Positions 13,101 through 39,100 of a stretch of 64,000 bases of DNA are shown piece by piece (within the stretch, counting starts at the first letter, position 1; each line of letters opens with the position of its first letter). The position numbers were made by a program, and so were the translations under genes. The notes beneath the pieces are model-generated. The model searched no databases, was not told the DNA's origin, and saw only the letters and a program-made list of their open reading frames with translations. This stretch comes from Bugula neritina. Taxonomy: Eukaryota; Animalia; Bryozoa. The stretch spans positions 9,322,129-9,386,128 of the forward strand of contig OZ037769.1 in NCBI GenBank assembly GCA_964035545.1, written 5' to 3'.

Positions 13101-15404
13101 GCACCCAATCATTGAATCATGATTGATATTACAAGCATGATAACCATGACTTGCACACATTGCATTATTTTACAGACCTGACTTGTTCTTTAAGTATATC
13201 CTGCATATCTTCCAGAGCTTGCCTGTATGCTGATATAATAACTGTTGGGTGCATATTCTGTGTTAAAAATGGTTCAGATATTTGCAAGACTTCCCCAGCT
13301 ACAAGTATATAACAACTGAGCTAATAAAGCACTAAGAAGCACAACGCAGTTGTACAAAAACAGAAAGTCAGCCAAAATGTACTAAAAACAGTTGCAATGA
13401 ATTAGTTGAGCCAATCAAGTCTCAAAGGCACAGGTTTCAAATATTCTCTTTACCAGCAGCACATGGTTACTTACTAGTTTGTCACCTCCAACTTACCTAA
13501 AATAATAACAGAAGTTGTTCCATCTCCGACTTCCTCATCTTGAGTTCTAGCAACTTCTATAAGAGACTTGGCAGCAGGGTGCTGCACGGTTATCTCTCTC
13601 AGAATTGCGTTACCATCATTGGTCATACATATGCCACCCATTGGATCCATAAGCATTTTTAGCATGGCTCTTGGACCAAGGCATGTTCTGATGACATCAG
13701 CTATAGTCTGTTAATAATATCAACCTTATACTCTCATACTATACTATTACTTGCTTCAAGATTTAGGCATAAGCTGAATGTTTTATGTCATTATTATCAA
13801 CATGTATAATAGTGATAGACTTTAGAGCCATAGAATTACCTGAAAGAGCAGATAAAAGTACATTTTTCAACATATTACAGCTTTTGAAAGTCGGCAGTAA
13901 CGAGCGCAAATGAATGAATTACTAAATTAGATTTAGTACATGAAAAAAAGTAAGCTTCCATATGCAGTTCTGTGACTAACAATAAATTATTTAGGTAAAT
14001 CCATTAACATAAGATGAAGACATTGAACAACATACAAGAGTTTCAGATAGCTCAAAGGCAGAAAGGCTTTTCAACATCATACAGCATGAGCATAATTTTA
14101 TGTTGAATAATAAATATTCACCTTTCCAGCCTGTACATTGCCTAGTTGAACTTTTCGTCCCTGTTCTCTCTTAGTGTTCTGATCTACACAGTATTTTAAA
14201 TCTATTATTATATTATATATTACACTCACAATAAACTTTATTTATATCATAAGCACAATGACAATGGCATTTATGATTTCAGTTAAATTCAACAATTTGC
14301 CAACTTAAAAAAGCATCCTAATTTAAAAGTGGAAAAAATTTCCAGTGGTGGCAAAGGGTAAGTATTTTAGTTTTTCCACTTACTACAAGTACATCTAAAT
14401 CTATTGGTCTAAGACTAACTTTAAGTCTAATGTCAGTGTGATTCATTTATGTCTAAACTAAAACATCAGCTGAGCGTGAATTATATTATAATTAATTTAA
14501 GTTCAAAATTCTCAAACTAGAAAACATCATTTCATCACTTGTCTTTAAATTTCTCATCTTAGTATTAAATTAATTATAGTTACTCATGATAATGAGTCTA
14601 AAAGTGAATACTTTTTAAGGTTCATGACACCGAGTCAGATACTGGCAGGCCAAGTTTCACAGTTACATGGTCATGGTCCTGTCCCAGTTACTTATAGAGT
14701 ATTATAATGGGTGCAAGTCATTTCGTATACAAGCCGTTTCACACCCACTTTCCAGGTCGTTTTGCACACATCTGATGGGTCATTTTGTAGACATCAATAT
14801 AAATAAACTCAAATACATATTTTTTATATTTATTTACTATTTGATATATGAGTCAATGTCATACAGTACTGCTCACAAGTAACTTGCACATTTCATTTTT
14901 ATTTATTATTCATATTGTGATATGTAATTGTAGGCAGTAGATGTTGGGGAGGGACTGCTCTTTTGGTTTAGATATTGTCATATTGTTAACAGTAGATGGC
15001 AGCACATAGTTATCAAATATACTTTTTGTTTCAAAAACATGCTGAGAATGGGAGAGAGCTGAGATGCAAGAAATAAGTAAACTAGTATTATTCAAATGGT
15101 TATCCAATGGATTATTTATTATTCATTTTGATTTCGTGTACGAAATGGAAAGCAGCTTCGTTTGTGTACGAAATGACCGACGTAAGAAACAACTTGTAAT
15201 TGTCAGTGTCACTGTGTAAGAAACGGAAACGACAGCAAGTGTAACGCATAACAGTAATATCATAGCAGTATAAGTATAACTATAAGTATATAAGACCTTA
15301 TAGTTATACTTTATAGTTTACTTATGCTATTGATACTGGTACAAGTAGAAAATGAGTTTTAATAACTTACTTAAAACTACGACTGGCTGGCCACCAGAAT
15401 ACAT
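5987..15404 (-). CDS. CCT3: T-complex protein 1 subunit gamma (chaperonin CCT/TRiC), 12 coding exons
   Basis: ATG at 15404 (MYSGGQPVVVLN|QNTKREQGRKVQ); motifs MLKMLMDPMGGICMTNDGNAILREI, QDEEVGDGTTSV, IDIKRYAKVEK, LEYKKGESQT, PGGGATEMAVA, TAILLLRIDDIVSG; TGA at 5987-5989; all junctions GT-AG; AATAAA (minus strand) at 5913-5918. Confidence 0.97.
8369..8720. repeat. Intronic minisatellite, 18 bp unit (GTATACAGTATATAATAA), about 19 copies
   Basis: Tandem repeats in a CCT3 intron; source of the Y/I/L-rich spurious ORF 8378-8815. Confidence 0.95.
12255..12540 (-). mobile_element. Decayed non-LTR retrotransposon (CR1/L2-group-like) ORF2 C-terminus plus 3' UTR
   Basis: Translation ..SNFVISALWNKLPKFLKIIQPLGKFKAELRHHL matches the typical LINE ORF2 C-terminal LWNxLP...FK..L pattern; lies in a CCT3 intron; upstream part disrupted. 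Confidence 0.6.
14713..15197. mobile_element. Degenerate MITE-like element with multi-copy inverted subterminal motifs
   Basis: Left end has GTCATTTCGTATAC, GCCGTTTCACAC, GTCGTTTTGCAC and GTCATTTTGTAG; right end has the reverse-complement motif GTACGAAATG twice and GTAAGAAACAACTTG. Confidence 0.55.
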
Positions 15405-16000
15405 GATGATGCAGTGATTGTGAAACTGAATATGTTAATGATGCTGTCAAAGACAAATGCCTACGACGTACGAGCACGCGTGTGCGGTGACGGTTACTTT
15501 GAATTTAAATTTTCAACGCTTGACAGTAAAATGTCAGTAATAAGTACTAACTATATTCCGTTAGAATGCGCTGGTGTGGTAATTACAATATAAATGTGTA
15601 ACTTGAACAGCTGAAAAGACGATGAGCAGATTGCAGCAGTTACTTCGACTTAGAAATTATAATTATTATTAATTACTACTACCAGTCGCTAGTGTGGAAG
15701 AAAAAAGCAAATATGGAGCTTGTCGCAAAAGAGTTCTGAAAACTTCTAGAAGCTTTAGAAACAAATAAGATCAGCGAATAGTGTATCCGCTTCTAAAGTA
15801 TTCTTTTCAGAATACTTGAACCGAGCATTATACCACGTGATTAGCGTGCGGGTATAAAATATCCGACAGCTGATAAAAAGTATTGTTAGCCGTATGATTG
15901 TACTATTTAACAAGAGAAACAAGACTAATATATTCTACTGGGGACGCTTACAACAGTCGTAATTGGTATATTATTGCTAAAGCCGAAGGTGATTGTCATT
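15405..16000. promoter_or_regulatory. Shared bidirectional promoter CCT3 / Bcl-2-like, with HSE-like TTCTAGAAGCTTT (15744-15756) and E-box CACGTG (~15834)
   Basis: ATGs are head-to-head about 730 bp apart; local CpG enrichment; near-consensus TTCnnGAAnnTTC. Confidence 0.5.
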
Positions 16001-16133
16001 GTGCCTTGTGGTAAAGTGCCGTAAGGACCGAAGTTATACTCAAGTTATAGTCTTCTATCCCAACCTGCTGGCACCAGGTGTTAGTATAATAATTGTTTAA
16101 CTTTTAAACTTGAAGGTACTCTTGCTCCATAAA

Positions 16134-17738
16134 ATGTCGGATAAAACGTTGACTGCAAATTTAGTTGCTGGCTTTGTTGGGCATAGATTGGAAAAAGCTG
16201 GCTATGATCAATGGACAAACAATGTATGCCTGAAAAAATTTGACTTGCTCAATCATTATAATCATGGCGAAAACAAGTCTTCACACATTGCTGAAACAAT
16301 GTGTGTTGTGGGAGATGAATTTCATGACTTGTACTTCAACTCGTTTCAAGATATGGTTGGAAGCATAAACATACATGCAGATGATTTAAAAGATGTCATA
16401 TATAAAATATTTGATGTCACTTGTGAAACTGGTATTGAGTGGGGACGGATCACAGGTATTTTTGTCTTTTCTGCTATTTTGGCGGTTAAAGCTATGGATT
16501 GTAACAGAACTGATGTAGTAGAAAACATTATATCGTGGACATCTGCTTATTTGGAAAGTCAAAGATATTCGAATTGGATTAGCCAGCATAATGGATGGGT
16601 ACGTTGATCACGATCACTATGACTAACAATCTGAATATTCATATTGATATTCATACTAAATGCTATTATAGTTAACTCTCACTAAATTTAATCATATAGT
16701 TTATGGATTTAGGATTTATTTTGATGAATATATTTATAATTATATTATATAATATTAATACTAATAGTAGTAGTATTTTGATATTGAAAGAATTAAAAAT
16801 TTAAATAGTGTAGGCATAGTTTTCAATAAGGGTGTATATATTCGTAGCATAGTCATATGTAAGTAACAGTATTTGTTTTTGTCAAAATTTAAATTAAACA
16901 CCCTTCTTTTGATTATGTTTGTCACGTGAAATTTAAAGAGATAAAACTAAATTGTTTATGAACTCGAAGTTCTCTCGGTTTACCCTTTCCATGTTTTCTG
17001 AAGGTTGAAAACTTTTAACACTCAATTTAAAATCGCTTTTAGTAGTAATATTTATATTCAAAAATATGATTAAAATTCATTTTTATTTGTGGAATAAAAT
17101 TCGAGTGTACCATCAGCATGATCAAAGTATGTATTTTGCAATGACCTTTTTACCATTTGGCTACGAACTCTAACTAAAAGTCCTGTATATTATAATAATA
17201 TTTTTTATGCTTCAACTATTGTAGTTAACACTGGTGAGAGGCAATCGTAGCTATATTAATTATACTAAAAGAAAGTGTCCATTGAAATAAGACTGTCATA
17301 ATGATGTTACAGACTGTTAATACAGATACTATTGAATATATTGGATTTTGTCCACTACCTAACCCTTGTGGTTTATATATGCAACATTTTAATTGTAGGA
17401 CTCTACACTTGTTAGTAATAAGTTAAATATCAATAATTATGTGGTGATTGTGGATACTATGCTTATGCATGTAGTAATAATAAATAGTAATGATTAGAAA
17501 TTTTTCATCAGTTTTATTACTGTTGAATCATATCATAATATTTATGTAGTCTTAATTGATTTATATTCGAACAGTTTTCATACATGTTTTTTAGGCTGGG
17601 TTTGTGGTCTTCTATGATAAACGTGAGGTTGGTTATGGAAATCAAGCAGAGCACATGTTGACGAAAGCTTACAGTGTTAGCACACATGTCTTTTCAGGAG
17701 TTGCAAGTTTTGCCAAACTATTATTGCATTCCACCTAG
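16134..17738 (+). CDS. Bcl-2 family protein (BH4-BH3-BH1-BH2), 202 aa, two coding exons
   Basis: Exon 16134-16598 (LVAGFVGHRLEKAGY; MCVVGDEF; GIEWGRITGIFVF; WISQHNGW) joined by a phase-0 intron in BH2, the position typical of Bcl-2/Bcl-xL genes, to exon 17595-17738 (AGFVVFYD...LLLHST*). Confidence 0.9.
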
Positions 17739-19355
17739 ATGCTATCCTTATCTTAAATGCTCAATACATGCATGCTACTTCGAGACATTACTGCCAGTAG
17801 CTGATCCACCTGGTGCTCAAGTTCTGTGAGACAAAGACGAGAATCATTCAAGCTAGATTCTGCCTAAATGAGGTCTAGTAATGTGCTCTCAGATGCTGAG
17901 GCTGTTAAGAGTGTAATCTAGAATAATCATGGTAGACAGCAAATTGCAGTTTTCACTTTCTAATGTGAACTTCAAGCGCCAAGTATTGAATATATGGCCG
18001 TTGCTAGCATATTGTTGAGAATATCCATCCTTTGGTAAGTTCAATGTCTCAGAAAGATGACATTGACTTACAGCATTCATGCAGTATTCTATTGTACAAC
18101 CTACAGAAAATAAATGCCTGACTTCTACTGAGAAATGTTTAGTATGTAACTCATGTTTATATTGCAATGTGGGTAAATAGAGAGCCATCAAAGCAAATCC
18201 TTCCTGGTTCAAGTCAGTTGTAAAATATTAATTGAATTGCATTATCCTCGTTTTATATGGCATATTCAATTTTTATTGTAGAGCTTTTTTATGTGTATAT
18301 AGCAATAATATATTTTAGTAGCTTGAATATTTTATCAATAAACACCCTATCAAGTTGAATTTCACATACAATTGTTAATCAAGCATGCAAGATTAATACA
18401 CTGTGATATGTCTATCTCTCACTTTTTTCAAATTCTTCCTAGAAAATATTTAGTGAATTTTTCACTGCTCTCTTAAAGTTTTACCAGTGGGCACTGGTTT
18501 TTCATATGATAGAACTAAATTACCCAACATTGTTGAAACTCTTCTCAAGAATTCAATTGTTTACACATTTTTACTATTCAATGAAGATACAGATTGAAAA
18601 AATAATGTAAGTTTTTGACAACTCACTAGAACTGGTATAAATATTGTAAGCATCAATTATTAGTTTATAATTTACATAGGTCCTGCAGTGTTATAAACCT
18701 GGTAACAGAGCTTTTGTTTTGCTGGTAAAGAATCTAGATATAATCAATAATTGCGTAGGTACTGAAAACAATAATCATTTATTTAGATAAGCTTTTATAT
18801 ATACATATCATTATATTTTACAGAAAGCAATTATATCGGTGAAGAAAGGGTAAATAATAATATTACATTAACCACAATGTGTCAACATTTCCAATTTACT
18901 TATAAGAATACTTTTGCTATTATGTAGAAAGGAGTAAGTATAAAAATAATATCTCACTGCACCAATTTGCTGAGTGATAGACAAAATGGTGCCTGAAAAG
19001 TTAACAACTAGCTGTAAGAACTATAACACTAAGTTATGTACAAATATTGAACCAACCAGTGACTTGTAATGCTATAATTATGTCAGTCTAATATATAACT
19101 ACTCTATAATAGACACTGTCTAAAATGTTACATTGAAGCTACATTTGATTAAACTACAAACAATACCAATGATGATTATATAGTATATCTAGAGACTAAT
19201 AATGCAAATGGATTAAATATATTGCTGATAAATTATGTTTAGTATGCAGAGGAGTGAATATGTATTTACAGAAACTTTACTAGGAAATATAGTTTTAAAG
19301 GAGATCACAATTATGTGTTAGTGCCAGCTTTTCAACTCAAGTTTAGTATCTAATT

Positions 19356-32586
<13,231 letters not shown>

Positions 32587-33684
32587 CTTCACAGATTTCT
32601 TACGTCGCTGGGGGTAATATGGCGAAAACCAACCCGGATGATAATAAACTGTAGTAGAACCAAAATGTTTTTCCTCTCAAAATTGTTTTGCTATATTTGT
32701 CATTTCATGATAAAAATTTTAACCATAAAAAAATTTTCAACTTTTAAAATCATGCTTATAGACAAATTTTACAAAACAAAATTTAGTATGGGTTATTTAC
32801 TTTTCACCTTATACGATAAAACTACCTAATATTATTATGCGCCAAACCAGCACAACTGCTATTGAGTTATCCCCCCTTGCTTTTTTAATTGAGCTTGTAA
32901 TAAAGCAAAATTCAAGCTCCTACACTCTATGCTCCATACTCTAACGTTTATAGCATTACATCAGTTCACACAGTCTATGCTATGATACTATGCTAGAATA
33001 GCTATTGTAATAACATCCTAACTACTACAGTGTTATGCTACCTACTACCATGCTATTGTTATATTAACTACTACTATGCTTTGTGAACTACCTACTAGTT
33101 GCCTATGCCAACTACTACATTTTTATAAATCTTTTCTTAGCTTCGGGTTATAATTGATAGCTAAAAAAACTTTTCTTGTTGTACAGTTCTGATAGAACGC
33201 ACACTATTGCATATGCAACTACTTTTATTACATAGCTACATTTCTTTGCAAATAATGTGTATAATATGTAAGGAGGTAACTTGTTTCAGTGATCGTGTCT
33301 CTGTGTTTGGAGTGCCACCCCAATATGAGTGTTCAGGGCTTCATAAAGTAGTCAAACTCTTTCGTAACTCCTCAACATGCTGAGATTTTGGTAGCAGTTT
33401 TTTATTTGACTTGTAGGCTTATAAAATTATAATACTGAATGGTGAGGGTTACCTGCTTGTGTTGGTAGTTGTAATTTCCTATAACACAGCATAAGCTTGG
33501 GTTATTTTGAAGAATGAAAAGTGAAGGTTAAGATGAAGGGAAAAGTTATTGTGAATAGTAAAATGCAGTAGGCCTACTTGTTATGGAAGCTAAAAATAAA
33601 GTAAATAAAGTACTATAATAATAAGATTACTTTAAAACTGTAAACACTATTATACTGCAGTAATACTCTACGAGTAAAGCAGAT

Positions 33685-33892
33685 TATGTGAGTGTATGTA
33701 TGTGTGTGTATGTGTGTGAGTGAGTGAGTGCGTGTATGCATGCATGTATGTGTGTATGTATATATGTATATGTGTGTGAGTTTGTCTATGTGTTCGCGTA
33801 TGTGTGTGTATGCATATAAGTCCATGTGTATGCATATGTGTGTGTGCATATGTGTGTATGTATATGTGCGTGCGTGCACGCGAGAGTGTGTG
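33685..33892. repeat. Degenerate (GT/AT)n low-complexity microsatellite
   Basis: Alternating purine-pyrimidine tract. Confidence 0.9.
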
Positions 33893-34320
33893 AGCCACAG
33901 TGATGGTACTCGGTGCTACTGATGAGTGGACAAACTCTGTAACAGCTGATGTATGCTGTACAAAACTAGGCTGAGACTTCCTGCAGTGAGCCACAACTCA
34001 GCAAAATATTTGCTTTAAATTGTAAGATGCTGCTATGTAGATAGCGTAATGAATCAATAGAGCAGAGGTTATTAAAGGTAATGATGAGAAAAATATTATT
34101 ATAGCTTGAAAATACAGATGGAAGAAGTTCTGTTACATTAGAAATAATTCGAATATGAGGGTATGACAGTTTATATACCATGTTGTAGAAGCTATATTAT
34201 TGTGACAAATGGTAGTTTTTTATCACCAGCATTGCTATAGTTAGCCAACCCCCCCCCCCCCCTCCACCTATGGAATGGGTAGAAAGAAGCTAGGAGGTGG
34301 TATAACTTGTAGTTTCTCTT

Positions 34321-34545
34321 ACAGCCAACAAACTCACGCAAGTTTATAGTTGCTATCTCTGTGAGAAACCCCTGATGGAAAGGGTTTTTGTTAAAGCGGG
34401 CTAAGGACTTGTTTAAATGAGGCACAGAAGCAATTATGACTAGATGCTCTTCCTAACATCACCAATGGTCTTTGTAGAGGCTCGAACCCATGACCTCGTG
34501 TTTGCTAGGCAAACGCTCTAACCCCTAGACCACAGCCAACAAACT
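34321..34545 (-). mobile_element. tRNA(Ala)-derived SINE, copy A
   Basis: Minus strand TGGTCTAGGGG (box A)..AGAGCGTTTGCCTAGCAAACACGAGG..GGTTCGAG (box B); body alignable to copies at 48336 and ~58950; 14-bp direct repeat ACAGCCAACAAACT at 34321-34334 and 34532-34545. Confidence 0.85.
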
Positions 34546-36149
34546 ACTATATGTAATTGTTTTAGATGATTGAAAATCGAAGCAGCACCTTAAAAACAAT
34601 TCTACATAATGAAAAACGATAGTAAACATTACATGATTATATTTCACTCATGTCTATATTACTTTATGTGATTTCCATTTCAATTAAAAAACATTAATAA
34701 AGCACATACAATATTGAAGAAAAGTGGTAAGGCGAAAATATTAGGAAGACAACTCTCAAGTAGATTTCTTTGAATTTTAAACCAGTGATCATGCAATAAT
34801 TAAGATTATCTTTTCTGGTTACAGAAATAATACGTACATGAAAACACTGTTCACTGAGCTCTAGCTTCACTGAGCTCTTGCTTCACTTCTCTCAAATTCA
34901 CACTATTGAATTTCAGTAGACTAATCTTGCCACAGTTATAATAAACACATTTCTTTACATTATTTTCAGTATATATGCTAGTAGCATTGAGTGGGCTGTT
35001 GACAATTTAATGTTTGTATTACGCATGGAGTGCATGTTGCATAGAGTTTCAGCATTTTATATGCTTTGAACCCAAGAAGTTGTAGAATGCATGCCATGAA
35101 AAATAGAGCATATTAATGAAGTTGGAATATTGTAATATTATTATTAGTGGTAGTGGTAGCAGCAGCAAAAACAGCAGCTACAATAGTAATATTAGTGTCA
35201 CTTATTAGAAGATACCTGTAGATGTAGTCAGTAATCAAATTACAAAATGTTTTATGATATCCTTTATTCAGCTGTTTTTTCATCTGATTTTCTGGCCATA
35301 AACAAACTTCATAATGCCTATGAATCAGTGTTATTAAAAGCCCTTTAATTTGCATGATATACCGTGGTTTCTACATTGAATTTTTAGCAGTCATGCTGAG
35401 GAGCAGGCTTAATGTTTAGTAAGAATTACTTGAGAATATTTTTATTGCAGATGTGATACAATACCATATGCAAGTAGGCCTACAATTATAGCCATGCTAT
35501 TTACTGAAACAGAAATACAAGTCTACAAGTAACCTGTGTTTTAATTGATTTTTAGCTGATGTTCTTGAATGCCATGAACAAAAAATTGGGTGGAGATAAT
35601 TCCGTGACCATCAAATTGAAAACAATGTTATATTTTTCATAGTATGAAAAAATCGGCACACTAAAACGAAAATATCGTGATTTGAAAAAGTTAAAAAAAC
35701 TTTTTTCAAGTCATGATGGTTTTGTTTTAGCCTAGCGATTTGCTTTTCATAATTACATTTATATAGAAATGAGCAACAATTTTCGTTAAATGTTAAATGT
35801 TGGAACTAAAAATGTGTTATATTTAGAAATAATATTTCAGTTACATAATATTGGGCTGCTAATATATGCCCCATACTTTATCATCGCATAATGTAAAATC
35901 TAAAATAAATATTTAAAGCAATCGATGTTTAAAATTGAGTCTACGTGGCTGTTAGAAACATGCTAGATACATAAATGTTTGACTTTCTCTAAGATGTTAT
36001 TCACATACTGTATGATTAGCAAAGGTTTAATATCTTGGTCAATATGTCAGCAAGTTTTGCTTCAGTATAACTTCTAATAGCAAATTTGTTGCTAAAACAA
36101 ATGGCTCTCACATCTGCAGCATGAAAAATAAAGTTATAATGTAATTTTT

Positions 36150-39100
36150 CTATCGTATTTGAATTTCCATTTTATTAGGTGGTTTGTTGCTCATAATCTT
36201 AGTTGGAGTTCCAGGCTTTCTAGATGTGTTTTGGTCAGGTTGGGTTTGTGATAGCGCTCTATCAAACACTTTCCTTCTATCAGTTCTCATCCGAGCTTTC
36301 TGGAATGCAACTGAATCTGGATCATCCATCAGTAGCTGCTCATGTAACCTCTCAACTTTCTCCCCTTCGTCTTCCAACTATTAGAGTCAACACCAATTCT
36401 GATTATACATGCACGAGTTTTATTTATAGAAACAGCTAGATTAAATGAATGCAGGAGAAAATATTATACTCTAGTTGTTTCAAAACTTTCTTAAAAGCAA
36501 ATTCAATTCAAATTCAAATTACATTCAATGAAAAAAGCATTTAGATGCCATTATATCTGCCTGACTTTGTGGACATTAAACTAGGAGTCAATCAGGATGG
36601 AATGTGTTTAAAGAAGACTTACCCCTACGTTGGGATTGTAAGAAGTTCCTTGCCGCTGCCCAAAGCCGGCCTGCTGAGCTGTTTGAACTGGATCCTCGGC
36701 AGTCACAAAGCTCTCAGAATACCAGTTGTCAAATTCTGTAATATTATTTGTAGTATAATGTTGTTTACAATTGCTGAGTTATTTATATACCTAACAGTAA
36801 TATGCTATTAATGCATATGATGTCGTAAATTTGTGATTCACTCCTATGTTATATATATGTATATATATTCCTTACACTTATGATCAAGAAGTTATTTCTA
36901 TGCTGTCAAGCTGTACACTTTATACCTTACAATAATAAACGTCAAGATACATCATTCCAATGGTCTCATCTTAATTATTACCCACACAAACGTACAAGAA
37001 ACATTACATCATTGACCTTGTCTAATACAAGCATTTATATGTTAATACAATATATATCAGAATACTAATACAAAATTAATAATAAGTAGCAATATTGTAG
37101 CATTTGAAGCATTACTATTTAACTACTCACTTTTTAAAATATTTTGACTTTGTCAACTGTTATTGTAAATTTGGACCTGAAAACATAGTTTGCCAAATGC
37201 TAAAGTTTATCAGTCATCAAGCCTAAATTTTATTCATAATCCCCTTAGCTCCAAAAGCTGAGTTAAATTAATTTGTTGCAATTTGTTTCCTTGTTAAAAT
37301 GCAGATTAAATTTATAAATAACCCTACCATGAGATTGGGGTTTGAATGTGCAACAAATTAGTTTTCAAGATAATGTAAGGACCATTTTATTAAAAATGTA
37401 ACAAGTCTGGAGTCTTGAGCCATGGACCACAACGCCTACCTTTGACAAGTTTGTGTCGGCATTGATCTACAAGTTTCTGGCAATACTGTATTTCAGCTTT
37501 GAGGGCTTTCAAGTCCTCATGATGCAGCCTGTAATTTTGTTTGAAAGTTTTCAAATTCTTGATCTCCAAAAATTCACTTTCACTAATTATAGTCTCCCCA
37601 TCTTCGTTGTAAGTAAAACCTGGAAAATAAAAGTATATTTTTTATTAAAAAATATTGTTAAAATATGAAACCTACATTATTATATATAGTAACATATAAG
37701 GCTGTTAGCAGCCGTTTAGCAAGGTATAGGTTGTAAATGAATGTGTCCCTAATGATCGGTTTTTTCTAGCTGCAGACTTTACATAGTCAAATATTTATAT
37801 TTTACCACCCAATGCTAAGAAAGGTAAAAACATCATGCTAGCTTTTGTGTTCTCTTGAGTTAGAAAGCACCTACACAGTCCCAAATATATTTATTTGGGT
37901 GGGCTTCTTTCATATTAGTTACATTTACTGTCTGATTGACTAATTTATTGGCTCTACTGATCTGAGAAGCCAACTGCATGTTGGCCACTCAAAAATAACT
38001 AGAACTAAACTCGAGCTGAAATGTGATTTGACTTTTGATAGTCACAAACTATTCAATACTTCACAAAAACAGGAATTATGAACACATTTACCTAACTGCT
38101 GTTTACTCAACTTTGCATGCATAGCAAAACGACAAAGTACTTACAAATTGTGCTTTATTCATGCTAGACCTACTCTTTATCAACTTTGTTAATAGGTCAC
38201 ATGAAACAAAGCGCAGTAATATGCAGATATATACAATATCAGTAAAGTTGGAACTATATAATCTTACCCTCAGCTTCCCTCTCAGTCTTTAGCGTATCCA
38301 ACTTCTCCATTGTTTTGTCAATCTCAGACTTGATAGAATTTATTTGCCTTGCTAACTGCGAATAAGATTTTTTCTTCTGATTTAAAAGTTCCTGGTTCTC
38401 TATAAAAATTCTGTTTATTTCACGCCCTTTTTCTTGCTTGAAATCTTCGAATGCCTGAGTTCGTAATGGAGGAGTACTAACAACAAAACAAAAATACAAT
38501 CATTAACACAATGAAGCAGTTATGCTAGGAGTTATCTTCCTTTTGTAAAAATATCACCAAGCATTACAGATTTAAAACGTTTACCCACAACTAAATTAAC
38601 TAGTTAGTGAAATGCACAGATAATAATAACATCGGAATAGGAAGTGTCACACCTTGGTCGTTGAAAAGTGGGTGCAGTCTTCTCAGGCGAAACAGATGTC
38701 ACAGGGCTGATGGTTTCTAGGTCACCTTTGTCTGCAGGTTGACCATCCTTTCTCTCAGTTTGAGGGCTTGGTGTCCTGCCATCTACTGCACGACCAGAAC
38801 CTGCTGGCGGTGTTTTGGTTGGTGCCGGACTAAAATGTGATTATACTATATTTGTGATGTAAGCTTCAAAGCAGTTTTAGCATACATTTATGGTTCAGAA
38901 GAGAAACTGAATATACAGTAGTAAGTAAGATTTGTATTTCAAATATGCTTTTGAGTCAGTTTGCTAAAATAAAATTGAAGCAGAAGTTTACCATTTGAAA
39001 TATGTGATGATCAAGGTAATACCAAATAAATAAAGGTGAATGTTTTGTGCTGAACAGTTTTCAACATACAAACACCATAGCAACTTTTTCATCAATGCAT

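Noticed and set aside
17889-18212. 107-aa minus-strand ORF
   Set aside because: Non-ATG start, no recognisable domain, antisense to the Bcl-2-like 3' UTR.
33895-34000. C/D-like boxes on the plus strand in intergenic DNA
   Set aside because: No host transcript or guide complementarity evident.
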